Positions 1 through 11,600 of a stretch of 64,000 nt of DNA are shown here, in pieces. The translations under genes and the position numbers were made by a program. The DNA is from Ginglymostoma cirratum (Eukaryota). Numbering within the stretch: position 1 is the first letter of the stretch; each line of letters opens with the position of its first letter. A model generated the notes under the pieces. That model had not been told where the DNA came from and ran no database searches. It saw only the letters and a program-made list of their open reading frames with translations. The stretch lies in contig JAHRHZ010000058.1 of the NCBI GenBank assembly GCA_024137785.1, positions 10,340,255 through 10,404,254 on the forward strand. The letters run 5' to 3'.

Positions 1-1260
1 TTGATGCCAAAGTCATCGGTTGGGAAAAGGGATGAGGTCCTAAAAGTAGACACTTGGGAGTTAGGAAGGAAATTAAAAAGTAGGGCCTCAAATCTCAGGA
101 CTTCTCCTAGCATCATGTGATCATGAGCATAGGAGGAGGATTGATCATTTGAACATTTGGCTGGAGAATTGGTGGAGGAGGGAGGGCTTCAGAATTGAAA
201 CACTGGGACTACTTCTGAGGTAGACGCACGCACAAGCTGGATGGATTACACCTTTTCAGGATGGGACTGATATCTTCACAGAGAGATCTGATGGTGCTAT
301 TGGGTAGGGTATATATGAGCTTGGTAGGGATTTGGCAACCTGTGACTTAGCTCAAACTGGGAGAAAGCAAAGCTGGTCATAGGTAGTAGGAAAGTGGCAA
401 GTGAAATTAGAAGGCAGATGAAAATGAAGGTGAGCAACTAAACTTAGGATGCCGAATAACATAAAAAAGACAACATTAAGGGTAGTCTACCTGAACACAT
501 GCAGCATTCACAAAAAGGTAGATGATTTAAAGGCACAAACAGACGTGAATATATATGATCTAATTGCCCTTGCAGAAACATGGTTGTAGGGTGACCAAGA
601 CTGAGAACTGAATATTCAAAGTCATTCAATATTTAGGAAGTGTAGTCAAAAAAGGAAAAGAAGGTGGTGTTGTGCTGATAATAATGGAGTATTCCAGATT
701 GGAAGAACAAAATTATGAATCTATTTTGGTGGAGGTAAGAAACAGCAAGTATTAGCAAACATTAAAAGGAGTTTTTTGGCCACTAAATAGTAGTGATACT
801 GTAGGGCATGCTGTTAATGAAGAGATTAGAGAAGTGTGGGGCAGTTGTCAAACGGTGACTTCAATCTACGCGTAGACTATTGAGCACTAAGGTTGTGGAA
901 GAATAATTTCTGCAGTATGTTAATGATGGCTTTCTGGAATTATATGTTGAGTAACTGATGAGACACTTGGCTATTTTAGACCTAATATTGTAAAATGAAA
1001 ATGGGTTAATTAAGACCCTTGTAAAAAAACTTTTAGGGATACAGACTACAAAGTGATGGAATCCTACGTTCTGTTTGAAAGTGAGGTATTTCAATGTGAA
1101 TTCAGTGTTAAATTTGAACAAAGGAAGCTGTGAAAGTTTAAGGGACAATTTAGCTGAGATGGATTGAGACAATATTTTCACAGCACAAAGGCAAATAGGC
1201 AATGGATAGCTTTTAAAGTATTATTGCATAATTTATGGCAATTATACTTTCCTTCAAGGC
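1..1260 (+). mobile_element. Degenerate CR1-type LINE: ORF1 SGNH-esterase end plus ORF2 endonuclease start
   Basis: DGLH-like motif near 240; YLNxxSIxxKVDDL near 487; many stops and frameshifts. Confidence 0.7.
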
Positions 1261-1279
1261 ACAAAGCCCCCCAAACATT

Positions 1280-1712
1280 CAGCTACTATCTAACAAAATT
1301 CAAGATGCCTGACACCATCCAGGATAAAGCAACCCATTTAACTGGCACCATGTCCACTCTCTCCATCACCAATACTCAGTTACGGCAGTGTGTGCAATTT
1401 AAAAGATGCACTGCAGAAATTCAGCAAGGCTCCTTAGACAACATCTTCCAAACCTATGACCACTATCCATCTAGGAGGTCAAAGGCATGATACATGGAAA
1501 CAACACCACCACCACCACCAAGCCACTCACCATCCTAGAAATATATCATTTTCCCTTCACTGTCACTGGGTGAAGATCCTGGAGCCTTCTCTCTATTGGC
1601 ATTGTGGGTCTACCTACAGTAAGTGGACTGTAGGCAGCTCACCACCACCTTCTCAAGACCAACTGGACACAGGCAATAAATGCTGGCTCAGCCCATAACT
1701 CACGAATGAATG
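1280..1712 (+). mobile_element. 3' end of a CR1/L2-group LINE family; related copies at about 3490-3610(-), 3975-4150(-), 13345-13670(-), 35490-35690(-), 39440-39640(+), 46620-46870(+)
   Basis: Shared sequence between copies (aagatgcactgcagaaattc...cttccaaacc...gcagctcaccaccaccttctcaag...ggcaataaatgctggc...gaatgaat). Confidence 0.7.
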
Positions 1713-2129
1713 AAGGAAGCTTTTTTCCTACATGCAGCAGCACAATTGGTCAAAGTAAAGACTCTGTTTAGGTCAAAGGTCAAGATGTGCACATGCCCAG
1801 TTGGCACACATTTGAAGCAAAGGATTGTGAGCAGCGTTAAGTCTGCAACATTGACAAAGCTGCTAGACCTGTGCTGCCAGGTACATCTTTTGTCACTAAA
1901 ATAACTGCTTTTTATCTCATTTTAAATTCCACAGTGTTTTTTTAAACACATTTATAAACTCCCATGCTGACCTTAACCTGTGATCTCCCAGCAAATTCTC
2001 TGGTCTGGCAAAGGTTTGGTTCTGAGGCAGCCAGAATACAGAGGTATGACCTTGATTGCCATCAAGTGAGTTTGACCAAGATTCACCGCACTTGTTTTTG
2101 GGAATGGTAGGGCTGCACTCCGAACAGCG

Positions 2130-2470
2130 ACTGGTCCTGCATTCTCTAGAATTTTGACCAAAAATAGGTGATCTCATTGAAACCTAAAATCTACTTAAAA
2201 GGATTAGACAGGGTAGATACAGTTAAGATGTCTCCCCCTGCTTGGGGAGTCTTGAACCAGGGGATCACAATTTCAAACTAAGAGGAAATGCCATTTAGGA
2301 CTGAGATGAGGAAAAACACGTTACTCAGAGGTTTGTGAATCTTTAGAATTCTCTACCCTAGAGGGCTGTATAAACTTAGTCTTTGAGCATGTTTAAAGTA
2401 GGAGCAAGAGAAGCAGCTTGAATTTCTAAATACCAATGATATAAAGAGGTATAGGATCGGATTGCCATGA
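2130..2470 (+). mobile_element. CR1 LINE 3' fragment
   Basis: GDLIE.(Y)K..KGLDRVD...F.QR..NLWNSLP motifs, decayed. Confidence 0.75.
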
Positions 2471-2591
2471 GGTGATACACTCTGTACTGATTAACTATTC
2501 ATTTTGCAGATTATGTTTGCTATGATCTCTGAATATTGTGCTGTTGGTGTTTAAATTCCAGCACATTATAGGTGTTGAGGTTTGTTGTCCC

Positions 2592-3013
2592 GCAGACGTT
2601 TCATTACACTGCTCGGTAACATCATCGGTGCAGCCTCTGATAAAGCGTTGTTTTGTTTTCCCGCTTGGTTTTTAAACTCTGGAGTCCATTGAGCCGGGTT
2701 ACCTCACTTTCGGTTTTCCCTCGCAATGGAGTGTATATGGGGTCGAGCTCTATGTATTTGTTGGTAGGTTTCTTAGAAGAGAACCAAGCTTCTAAGAATT
2801 CCCGTGTTTGTCTCTGCTTCGCCTGTCCCAGGATGCTGGTGTTGTCCCAGTCAAACCGGTGGTGAAGCAGAGACAAGCATGGGAATTCCTAGAGGCCTGG
2901 TTCTCCACGAAGAAAGCCATCAACAAACATATAGAGCTAGACCCCATATACACTCCATTGCGAAGGAAAACTGGAAGTGATGTAATTTCCAGCTCAACGG
3001 ACTCCAGAGTTTA
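2592..3013. mobile_element. Penelope-like element 3' end (GIY-YIG C-terminus plus pLTR with hammerhead motif) in inverted arrangement
   Basis: The minus ORF HRFDWDNTSILGQAKQRQTREFLEAWF...IELDPIY and the plus ORF EFLEAWF...IELDPIY form inverted arms 2673-2820 / 2864-3013. HHR-like motif on the minus strand at 2592-2631. Confidence 0.85.
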
Positions 3014-4149
3014 TGTCTTGGCTAGCATCAGACGCAAGATACTTCTGCCCAGAAGGGAATTCATTTGGAACAATTAGGAAATAGCTTCTCTCAGGGTAAC
3101 AGTTTTAGTTTGAAAATTCCAGACCTGAAGGGTTATTTGAAACTAAGTTCATTTTTAAAGCTCAGCTGCATCAGTAATCAAAGAAATGGCCAATCAGGAA
3201 TTGAAAGAAAGTGTTAAGTTAAACTTATAGATGTCACAGAAAGGCAACTTTCTCACTGGTATGAGTACTGTAAAGTCTTGATGTTGGAATTTTGATTTGC
3301 CATGTTTCAAGTTGTTATATAAACACCTTGGATTATCATTTATTTTATGTACTAAACTTGTTTCATTGTTAAAACCAAATATATAGTATCTTGTATCGTG
3401 TGTAAAAACTACTAAATTTATTAAAAAATGATCTATCAGCCTGGTATCAGATGACTAGTTGGAACAGCGGCTCTAGGATCTAAGAATTTACAGTGCGAGG
3501 TGAGACATAGATCTAATGATGTTCCCACATATCTGCTCACCCTTGTTCTTCTAGGTGGTGGAGTTTGTATGTTTGTGAGGAGCCAAAATAAGATTTTGGT
3601 GTCGTGTAGAGTAAACATGGCACTGAATGTCAATTAAAGGTGATTAGGCTCTTCCGTTCAAAATGATCAATGCTTAACATGGACTAAGACTGGAACAAGT
3701 TCTGGAGATAAGTAGTTCTTGCAAACCCAAACCAAGCATCAATGAGGTAATTACATTTATGTATTCAAAAACTTGTTGACAACTTATTTTGACCATTTTA
3801 CTGCCAATTGAGAGTAGGCTTATAAGGGTGGATTTCTCTTTTGTTTTTGTGTGTGGTTACGAGATATCTAGGCAATTTTCCACAATGCAAGGTCTATGCT
3901 AATACTGTATTCTGTATATACTGTATAACTACAGTCAGTCAATTTCACGTAGGTACATCCACAATGCAATTCAGGATGAAGCTGCAGGCTTTTGACCCAG
4001 TCACACTGAAAGAACACCGATATATTTCAGAATCAGGTTGGTGAGTACTTTGGAAGGGAACTTACAAGCAGTGATGTTCCCAAATGTGTCTAACGTATGT
4101 CCATCTATATGGTGGTCCTCATGGCTTTGAAATGTTCCATGCAAGGAAC

Positions 4150-4525
4150 GCAAAAATGTAAACCAGGAGTAGGCAACTCAGCCCCTCAAGTCTGCTCTGC
4201 CATTTAATGTAATCACATTCAATCTCATCTCAGGCTCGACTCCACTTTCCTGCCTTGCCCCCATAACCCTTTAACCCATTACTGATTAAAAATGTCTCTT
4301 AAATTTATTCAGTACTTTTGGCATTCACTGCACTTGGAGGTAGTGAATTCAACATTCACAAACTTTTTGAAAAATAGTTCCTCCTGTTTGAAAACTGCAG
4401 GCCAGTAGCCTAAAACTATGACTCTCATTCTAAGTTGCCCCCCAAGGGGCAACATCCACCGAACATCTACTTTGTCAATTCCCTTTAGCATGTTATATAT
4501 CTCAAATCAATCTTCTCTCAGCCTT
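4150..4525 (-). mobile_element. CR1 LINE 3' fragment
   Basis: ORF MLKGIDKVDV..MLPL; CR1-type 3' UTR. Confidence 0.75.
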
Positions 4526-5320
4526 AAAGAATCCTTGATGAACTTCTGCAATATGTCTTGCTTCTAACGTACATGTGGAAACAGTGAATGTGTAATCAAG
4601 TCGCACTCAATTTATTATTACAAAGAATATGGTTCTTGGCAAATTTGACTTTGTCTACCAACCACAATGGATTGAAGATGAAAATAAGATTCCTGCTTAT
4701 GATGTTTATTCCCTGTTGTGGTGTTTCAAGCAACACTCAACAGACAGTTGAAGGCCATAGAAGGCAAAGGCTTTATTCTACCAGTGTGCATATGAGAATG
4801 CAGTTAAAAAGGTTCAGTTCAACAAACAAAGGTTTCTCCACCTCTTACATACTTCAGTTATGGTCGTTACTCTGGCACACAATTTGTCACATAGACATCA
4901 ATCAATCAAGCTCTTGCAGTGCCCAGTAACCATGTTCCTTGAAAATGCAAACAGATTCCCATTTGCAGCTATTATCACTCGATCACATCAACTCATTTAT
5001 AATTTCCATGCACAATCATGCTCATGTCTCTTTGTGTAGCTAAATGGTTCACGTCTCCTCTTGGGTCTGTACAGTCCTAAATTAAGCTTACATTCTATGT
5101 TTCGTTTCAACTCTTACAAACCTCAGCCAGTTGGCATCCTACACTAACGTTGCAGCCTGGTATACACCAAAAATCCTTCTATACATCTGTCAAGTGTCTA
5201 ATTAATTTGAATTTATGGGCATTCACACTCCCTTCCACAAAATGCTAATCAACACCATTTATCAATGTCGCCAGAAAACAAAGTGATTCAACAAAACATT
5301 TGTAACTCATTACATAAAAA

Positions 5321-5545
5321 TTTATTTCTTTTCCTTAATGTAATAAAACCAAGCTTCATGACATTTATTTTCAGATTAGAAATAGTAGAAAATCTTTCAT
5401 CATGATATGACACACATAGGAGAGATGTATGTGGAACTGAACCAAACTTAACCAACACAGACAAACAATATACAAGGAATATAATTTGGACGAGTTTTAA
5501 GATTTTGTTTCTGCACGCATATTTACATGAACATGAACATTTATT
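5321..5545 (-). promoter_or_regulatory. Candidate ASPM polyadenylation signals (AATAAA at 5540-5545, 5364-5369, 5321-5326)
   Basis: Three minus-strand hexamers downstream of the stop; the distal one is followed by U/GU-rich sequence (TTTTTATGT...ATGTTTTGTTG). Confidence 0.55.
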
Positions 5546-5556
5546 GAAAAATTAAA

Positions 5557-5680
5557 CTATTTCCCATTATTGACATTTAAAGTAGAAATTCCAAGGGTAT
5601 CCACAACCAACTGAATGGCTTTTAAAGGATCCACGATTTCTTTCATATTATCTCTCCTTAAGACCCAGTCTGGTTTTAGT
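5557..5680 (-). CDS. ASPM: ASPM last exon, coding part (124 bp to TAG)
   Basis: TTGCAG| [40 protein letters not shown]. Confidence 0.96.
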
Positions 5681-8600
5681 CTGCAACATAATCAAGAAAA
5701 AAGTTTAGCATAAGCGTTATTTAAAACAAAAAGCAGGAAGAGACAAGGGATAAATGGAAAAGATGAGCACAAAAGAATGACAACATAATTACAAAGTAAG
5801 AAAATGGGTTCTTACTTAGAAACTAAACTTGTTCGAATAGGAGTAGCTGGAATATATGAAATGCCATTGCAAGGGGTAGACATCCGCAGTTTAACATTTA
5901 TTCTGTCTATATCCATCTTGTGTTTTCTCACGGTAAGCTCATAAATGCTAAGGATACGATCCACTGCCCTAGGCAAGCTTCGAATCTCCTGAAAACAGAA
6001 ACTACCGTTAGTGCATCAGTTTTATCCAAAGGCCCATTTGTATTCCCTGTTTAAGTGGGAAAGAGGAAAAATCAACAAGAAATGAACCAAGTAATGCAAA
6101 ATACTGCAGATGCTGTAAATCTGACACAGAGATCTGAAGAGGAGTCACGGCAGACTCAGTGCTAACTCTGTTTCTCTCTTCACGGTTGCTGCCAGACCTG
6201 CTAAATTTCTCCAGCATTCTGTGTTTGTATAAGAAATTAACCATAACACAATTATTTATTTTCTGCAAAGGCATTTTGCCTCAGCAAAATGGAATTTGGC
6301 CACTAGAATGCTACTCTATTTGGACAAAATAAAGCACAACCTCAGAACAAATATTCATCTATTAAATGTGAATCAAACAGCAGAATCGGCAATTGCCACA
6401 TTTTATTCAAACTTGCATTTAACTTTGCTCATAACAACGAAATCCTTTAGAATATACACTTGCAGATATATTTGCTCACCATTGCTCTCTTCGAATCCTT
6501 TGAGAGAAGGGCCAGTAAACAGCAAACCTTTGTAAAAATGCTGCTACACTTGTTTGATGTCTTGTCACCGGCTTTTGCTCTATACGTTTGCAGCAAGTCG
6601 AGTAACGTATTAATGGAATTGTCTACTTCGTACACAACGGTAGATGTTTTGTGATACTGGAGGACATTAAAATCAAAATGCAATTTTATTCATTCATACC
6701 TAAAACTAAGCTAAATCTTTACGCTGATAACAAAGAAAATCTAAAAATGAACAGATACTGCAATAAAGTAAGGAACTTTATAATCATAAATATCCCACAT
6801 GGTTTTTAATCACCATTCTGGTATTTTATGTTGATCAAACAGGAAGAGAAATCTGCCACTTTATTGAAAGGTGGGGGGGGAACAAGAAAAAAATTGTGCT
6901 GATGCAGTGAGTAATTCCTCTTCATCATCATGACCACACTGAAATCACACAGCTGACTAGAATCCTGCATATTAGTCCTGTAGAATGCGTGAACAGTTAG
7001 TCTTTACAATGTTAAATTAACAAACTAGAAACATTCAGAATAAGCCTGTCTTTTCCAATGCAGTTGTTTTAAAGACATAATACTGTAGATTATAGAGTTC
7101 ATGGTTGTTATCTTTTCCCTGGGATGGGGGATTTCAAGTTTAGGGAGCACATTCTTAAGGTGGGAGGAGAGAGATTTAAAAAAGACACGAGGGGCAAATA
7201 TTTTTACACAGAGGTGGTTTGCATTTGGAATGAACTTCCTGAGGAAGTGGTAGATATGGGTACAATTACAACATTTAAAATACATTTGGATAAGTACATG
7301 AATAGGAAACGTTTGGAGGGATATGGGCCAGGAGCAGGCAGGTGGGACTAGTTTAGTTTCGGAGTATGTTCGGCATGGACCAGTTGGGCGAAAGGTGTGT
7401 TTTCATGCTTTATGACTCTGTGACTTTTTCTATCTGTAATTGGACCTTCCTGCAGTCAAAGATGAGACTGAAAAGAAATGATCGACTAGAAAGAGCTCAT
7501 ATGTGAAACACTGCAGGTTAACCCCTTAAAGGGCAAATGATGATAGTTCAAAATCAGCTTTCAAGGTCAGAAATCAAAGGCGTTAGAAGTACCATATAAG
7601 AGGGATCTCATGAAAAGTAAAGCAGATTGAATAAGTCACCACCATGTGAAGCTGCTTTACCTTGTTTCAGGTATAAGAAGAGGGCATAACCTGCACAAAA
7701 AGTCAATGAATTAAAAAATAATGTAAGAAAATATTCTCAGTGAGCAAGTGAACCTGCTGTGGTTAAAATTGCGCAGAGAGAAGATGGAAACGATTAGAAT
7801 TAGTTGATATATAGACAGTCATCAGGTTGCAAAGGGATTCCATTCTGGAGTTCGTTCGTAAGTCAATTTGGATGAAAGTTGGAACAATGCAGGTCAATGA
7901 AAGGAGTCATTAGTAAGTATGGAAAATGTTTATATATGTCGGATCTTTAAAATTACACCCCTGTACAAGATCACGTTCATGAGTATGAGCATTTGAGAGT
8001 CATACCTTCAAAAATTAGGAACCCTATATAAATGCAAAGATGGATTTTTTTCAAGCAATATTTTGGGTTACAATACGAGTAATGTGACATGATATAGGTG
8101 GTAAACTTGGAGTAGCAGGTGACTTGAAACATTGGACTGATTTTCAGGTAAGCAGCAGAATTATGGGTCAGGTTACTTCTCAACATTGCATTTTCACCTT
8201 CTAATTCACCCTGCATGATTACCATATTTTCAACATGCAGCACTGCAGCAGCCCTGTCAGGAAAGATGCCCAAGAATAGAATAGAATTCCAATTTGGGCA
8301 ATTTAGGAGACTAGTACTTCAGCTGAATTCTGTACATAAATATTATGCACTCTAGACCTCACCCCCCACGCTTACTCCTTACTCCCATTGCTTTGCCCCA
8401 ATGTCCATTATGGATGCAAGTCATGAGCCCTACAATAATTTTGGGAAGTTCTTGAGATCATCATGAAGCTAATAAAAATAAACAAATAGCCATTCTAAAC
8501 CTCTCCAAAAAAATTAATTCTGAACCCAAAACTATCAAAACCAAGCTCACAATCCATTTGTGACTTTGTCAGCAACAGCTGCTGAACAAAATACAAGTTG

Positions 8601-11600
8601 GTTTGGAACTCAGCCAAATGTTCACTGCAGAATTGCAAAGCACAACTTTGTCGGCAAAGCCTCTGAAACTGAATCACTACAATTCTTTTGAACTAGTAGG
8701 ACAAATGAACATATGCCCCACCGTTTCAAATGGCTAAGCAAATAGCTCAACTTTGAATCAGTGTAAAGACTAACGCAACGTCCAAATGACATCTCTGTAC
8801 TGTTGAAGGAAGAAAAGTATTTTAATCTACTGAATAATGTTCTCTAAACAATCTGAGCACCTTCACAACACTGGTCAATTTAATTTGATTTAAGAGCACA
8901 AATCCCCATAAATCACTGCATTCAAAATATGCTTAAATCGTACAACATCTAATTGTAACATATCAAGTTGGCAACACCTTTCAAAATTGTATGTCAATAG
9001 GTTGCTAATTCAAAACCAGGCTTTCTCCAAGGTTCTTGATGGACAATCTGATGTATTGCATGCAGGCACGAGGAACTCATCCATCTAGCTAAAGATATTA
9101 AACTATGGGACATTTTAAATTGAGGTAGGCATTTAAAAGGCTAAGCATAATGTGCATATCAGCTCTCATTATTCCCTGCATCAGTCAAAACGGCAGTTGG
9201 CATGAGGTTGTTGGGGAATTTAATCTTGAAATTCCCCAACCTTCATTCTTGGTCACTCAGCATAGATTTGTTCAATGTAAAGAAGGCAAAATCTGACTAA
9301 TTTTCCCAAAGGCTTCCATCATTCAAGCTTGCCTGAAGTAAGGGCCAGGTATAGACTTTTTGATAGAAATTAATAACTATGCTAAATGAAAACCTTCATT
9401 ACTATATCATGCAACTACCAATATGGTAGGCAATTTGACTAGATAATGGTCTTTTTACATCTAGCAATACTGCTACTAGTAAATAGTCTTAAATTAATTA
9501 ACCTTTTAACAAAACCACAGTGCACACTGAGAAAACGTTTGTTGAAAACGTTATGAGATTTGTAGCTAAATCACTTTGAGAAAAACTCTTAAAGAATGTA
9601 TTCATTCACAGGATTATGAGCGTCACTGGCTAGGCCAGCATTTATTACACATCCATAATTGGCCAGAGGGCAGTTAAGAGTCAACCACATTGCTGTGGGT
9701 CAGTTCTGAGGAAGGGTCACTGGACCCGAAACATTAACTTTGATTTTAATTCACAGATGCTGTTGAGCTTTTCCAGCAACTTCTGTCTTTGTTGCTGTGG
9801 ATCTGGTTCAGGTCAGGCCGGTTAAGGACAGTGGCTTTTCCTAAAATGAAATTAGTGAACCAGATGGGTTTTTCCCAACAATTGAGAATGGCTTCATGGT
9901 CACCACAAAACTGTTAATTTGAGATTCTTATTGAATTCAGATTCCACTATATGGCTTGGCAGGATTCCAACCTAGGACCCAAACATTACTGGATCTCTGG
10001 ATTAATAGTCTAGCGATAATACCACTAGGCCTTCGCCTCCCCTCAACGCTTGCAAACAGGGGACTAGCTACAGTTAACCGATGTCCAAGTACACGGGACA
10101 GTCAAAAACATATTTGGATGGAAGAGTTATAACGATTATAACTTTTAGCAAGGCACCAATGCAGTTGTATCCTTACAAATTCAACAGACTTAATTCTTTA
10201 TATCTACTTCAAAACAGGAGGACTTTCTTAAACCAACCAACCAGATGTATCTTTAAAAAATCCTTTTAAAGAACAGAATTTATTTTTAATATTTAATATT
10301 TAATTATTTTAATGTCATTTAATACAGATAGTACCTTCGAAAGATTGAGGAGAACTTGTACTGCATACTTAATGACATCCATAGAAGGCACACTGCGGTT
10401 ACAACTCCTGATCAAAGTCAAAATAATAGGTGTCGCTCCACTTCGGGCAAGATTTTCACAGCAAGTGGAAGATAATCTGGTTGCAGCCTCTAAAAATAAA
10501 TGGTTAATGTTAAAATTATGAGATCCTCTGTGATTGGGATTAGCAGATAATTCATGAAATTAGCCATTATGACCAATACCCACTTCAAGCCTAGTTTTAG
10601 ACATGAACAAAACTCAGCTTTTCAGAGAATACATGAGAAAACACTCTCCTTCCAATTTGCTCATAAAACCCCTCCTAAGCATCCTCAACCGTCACCCCAA
10701 ACAAGTGCTAGATATCAGAGACTTCTCTATCTTTCTGTTTCATAGATGGGTTAGCTCTGTGAGTTCAATGGTTATCTCACACCGTTTTCTGCTTAAGTGA
10801 CATAAAATGTATAGAAAGATCAAACTGTTAAGTTGCATTTGCAGTTGGGATTATACAGGGGATGCCAGCTTCAGCAGCATCAAAAAATTTAAACAGTTAG
10901 TGTACGATGACTTCACATAACTCAGTTAATAGGAGAGACAAATCTAATTGTTTCTCATCTAATTTTACTATATTGCACAAATGAAAAAAGTGAAAATATA
11001 CAAACCTAAATGTTTCAAAGCTGCAAGAATGTGAGAGAAATGTTTGTATTTAAGAATGTAATCGAGTGCTACAGCTGTTCTGTTGGACAATTTCTGCTCC
11101 TCAGTGCTGTTCTGATTAGCCTGTTCAATGTGGCGTCTGATAGTAATTATTTGAAGATTGTTGGTTTTCTTGCGCAAGCAATATCCTCTCCACAAAGCCT
11201 ACAGAATTAGAAAATTGTTTTGATATTTTCTTTGACAAATAAGTACAATAAACTTAAAGTCTATGAAGATCAAATTGAAGTATTTATAAAAAGTATGCAT
11301 ACAACTGTGAAACAGCAGATAACCACTGGACAACTGATTTTCAATCAAAATAAAACAAATTAAAGTTTTAAAGTACATGGTATTTTGTAAACTCCAAAAA
11401 TAACCAGAAAACTAAATTGTACAAAATGTACTTTTTCTTTCTCATTAGTTGCTGAAATAAAGCAAATACTTTAACTCAAATCAACTGCAAACCACAACAA
11501 AAGATTTAGTACCTGAATTTTGATAATTGCACTGTGAAATCTTTGCTTCCGGGTTTTTTGAAGAAAATGTCTTGCAACTTTCTGAATTACAACAGCAGCT

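Noticed and set aside
1456-1698. His-rich ORF / (CAC)n tract
   Set aside because: A small triplet expansion inside a LINE 3' fragment.
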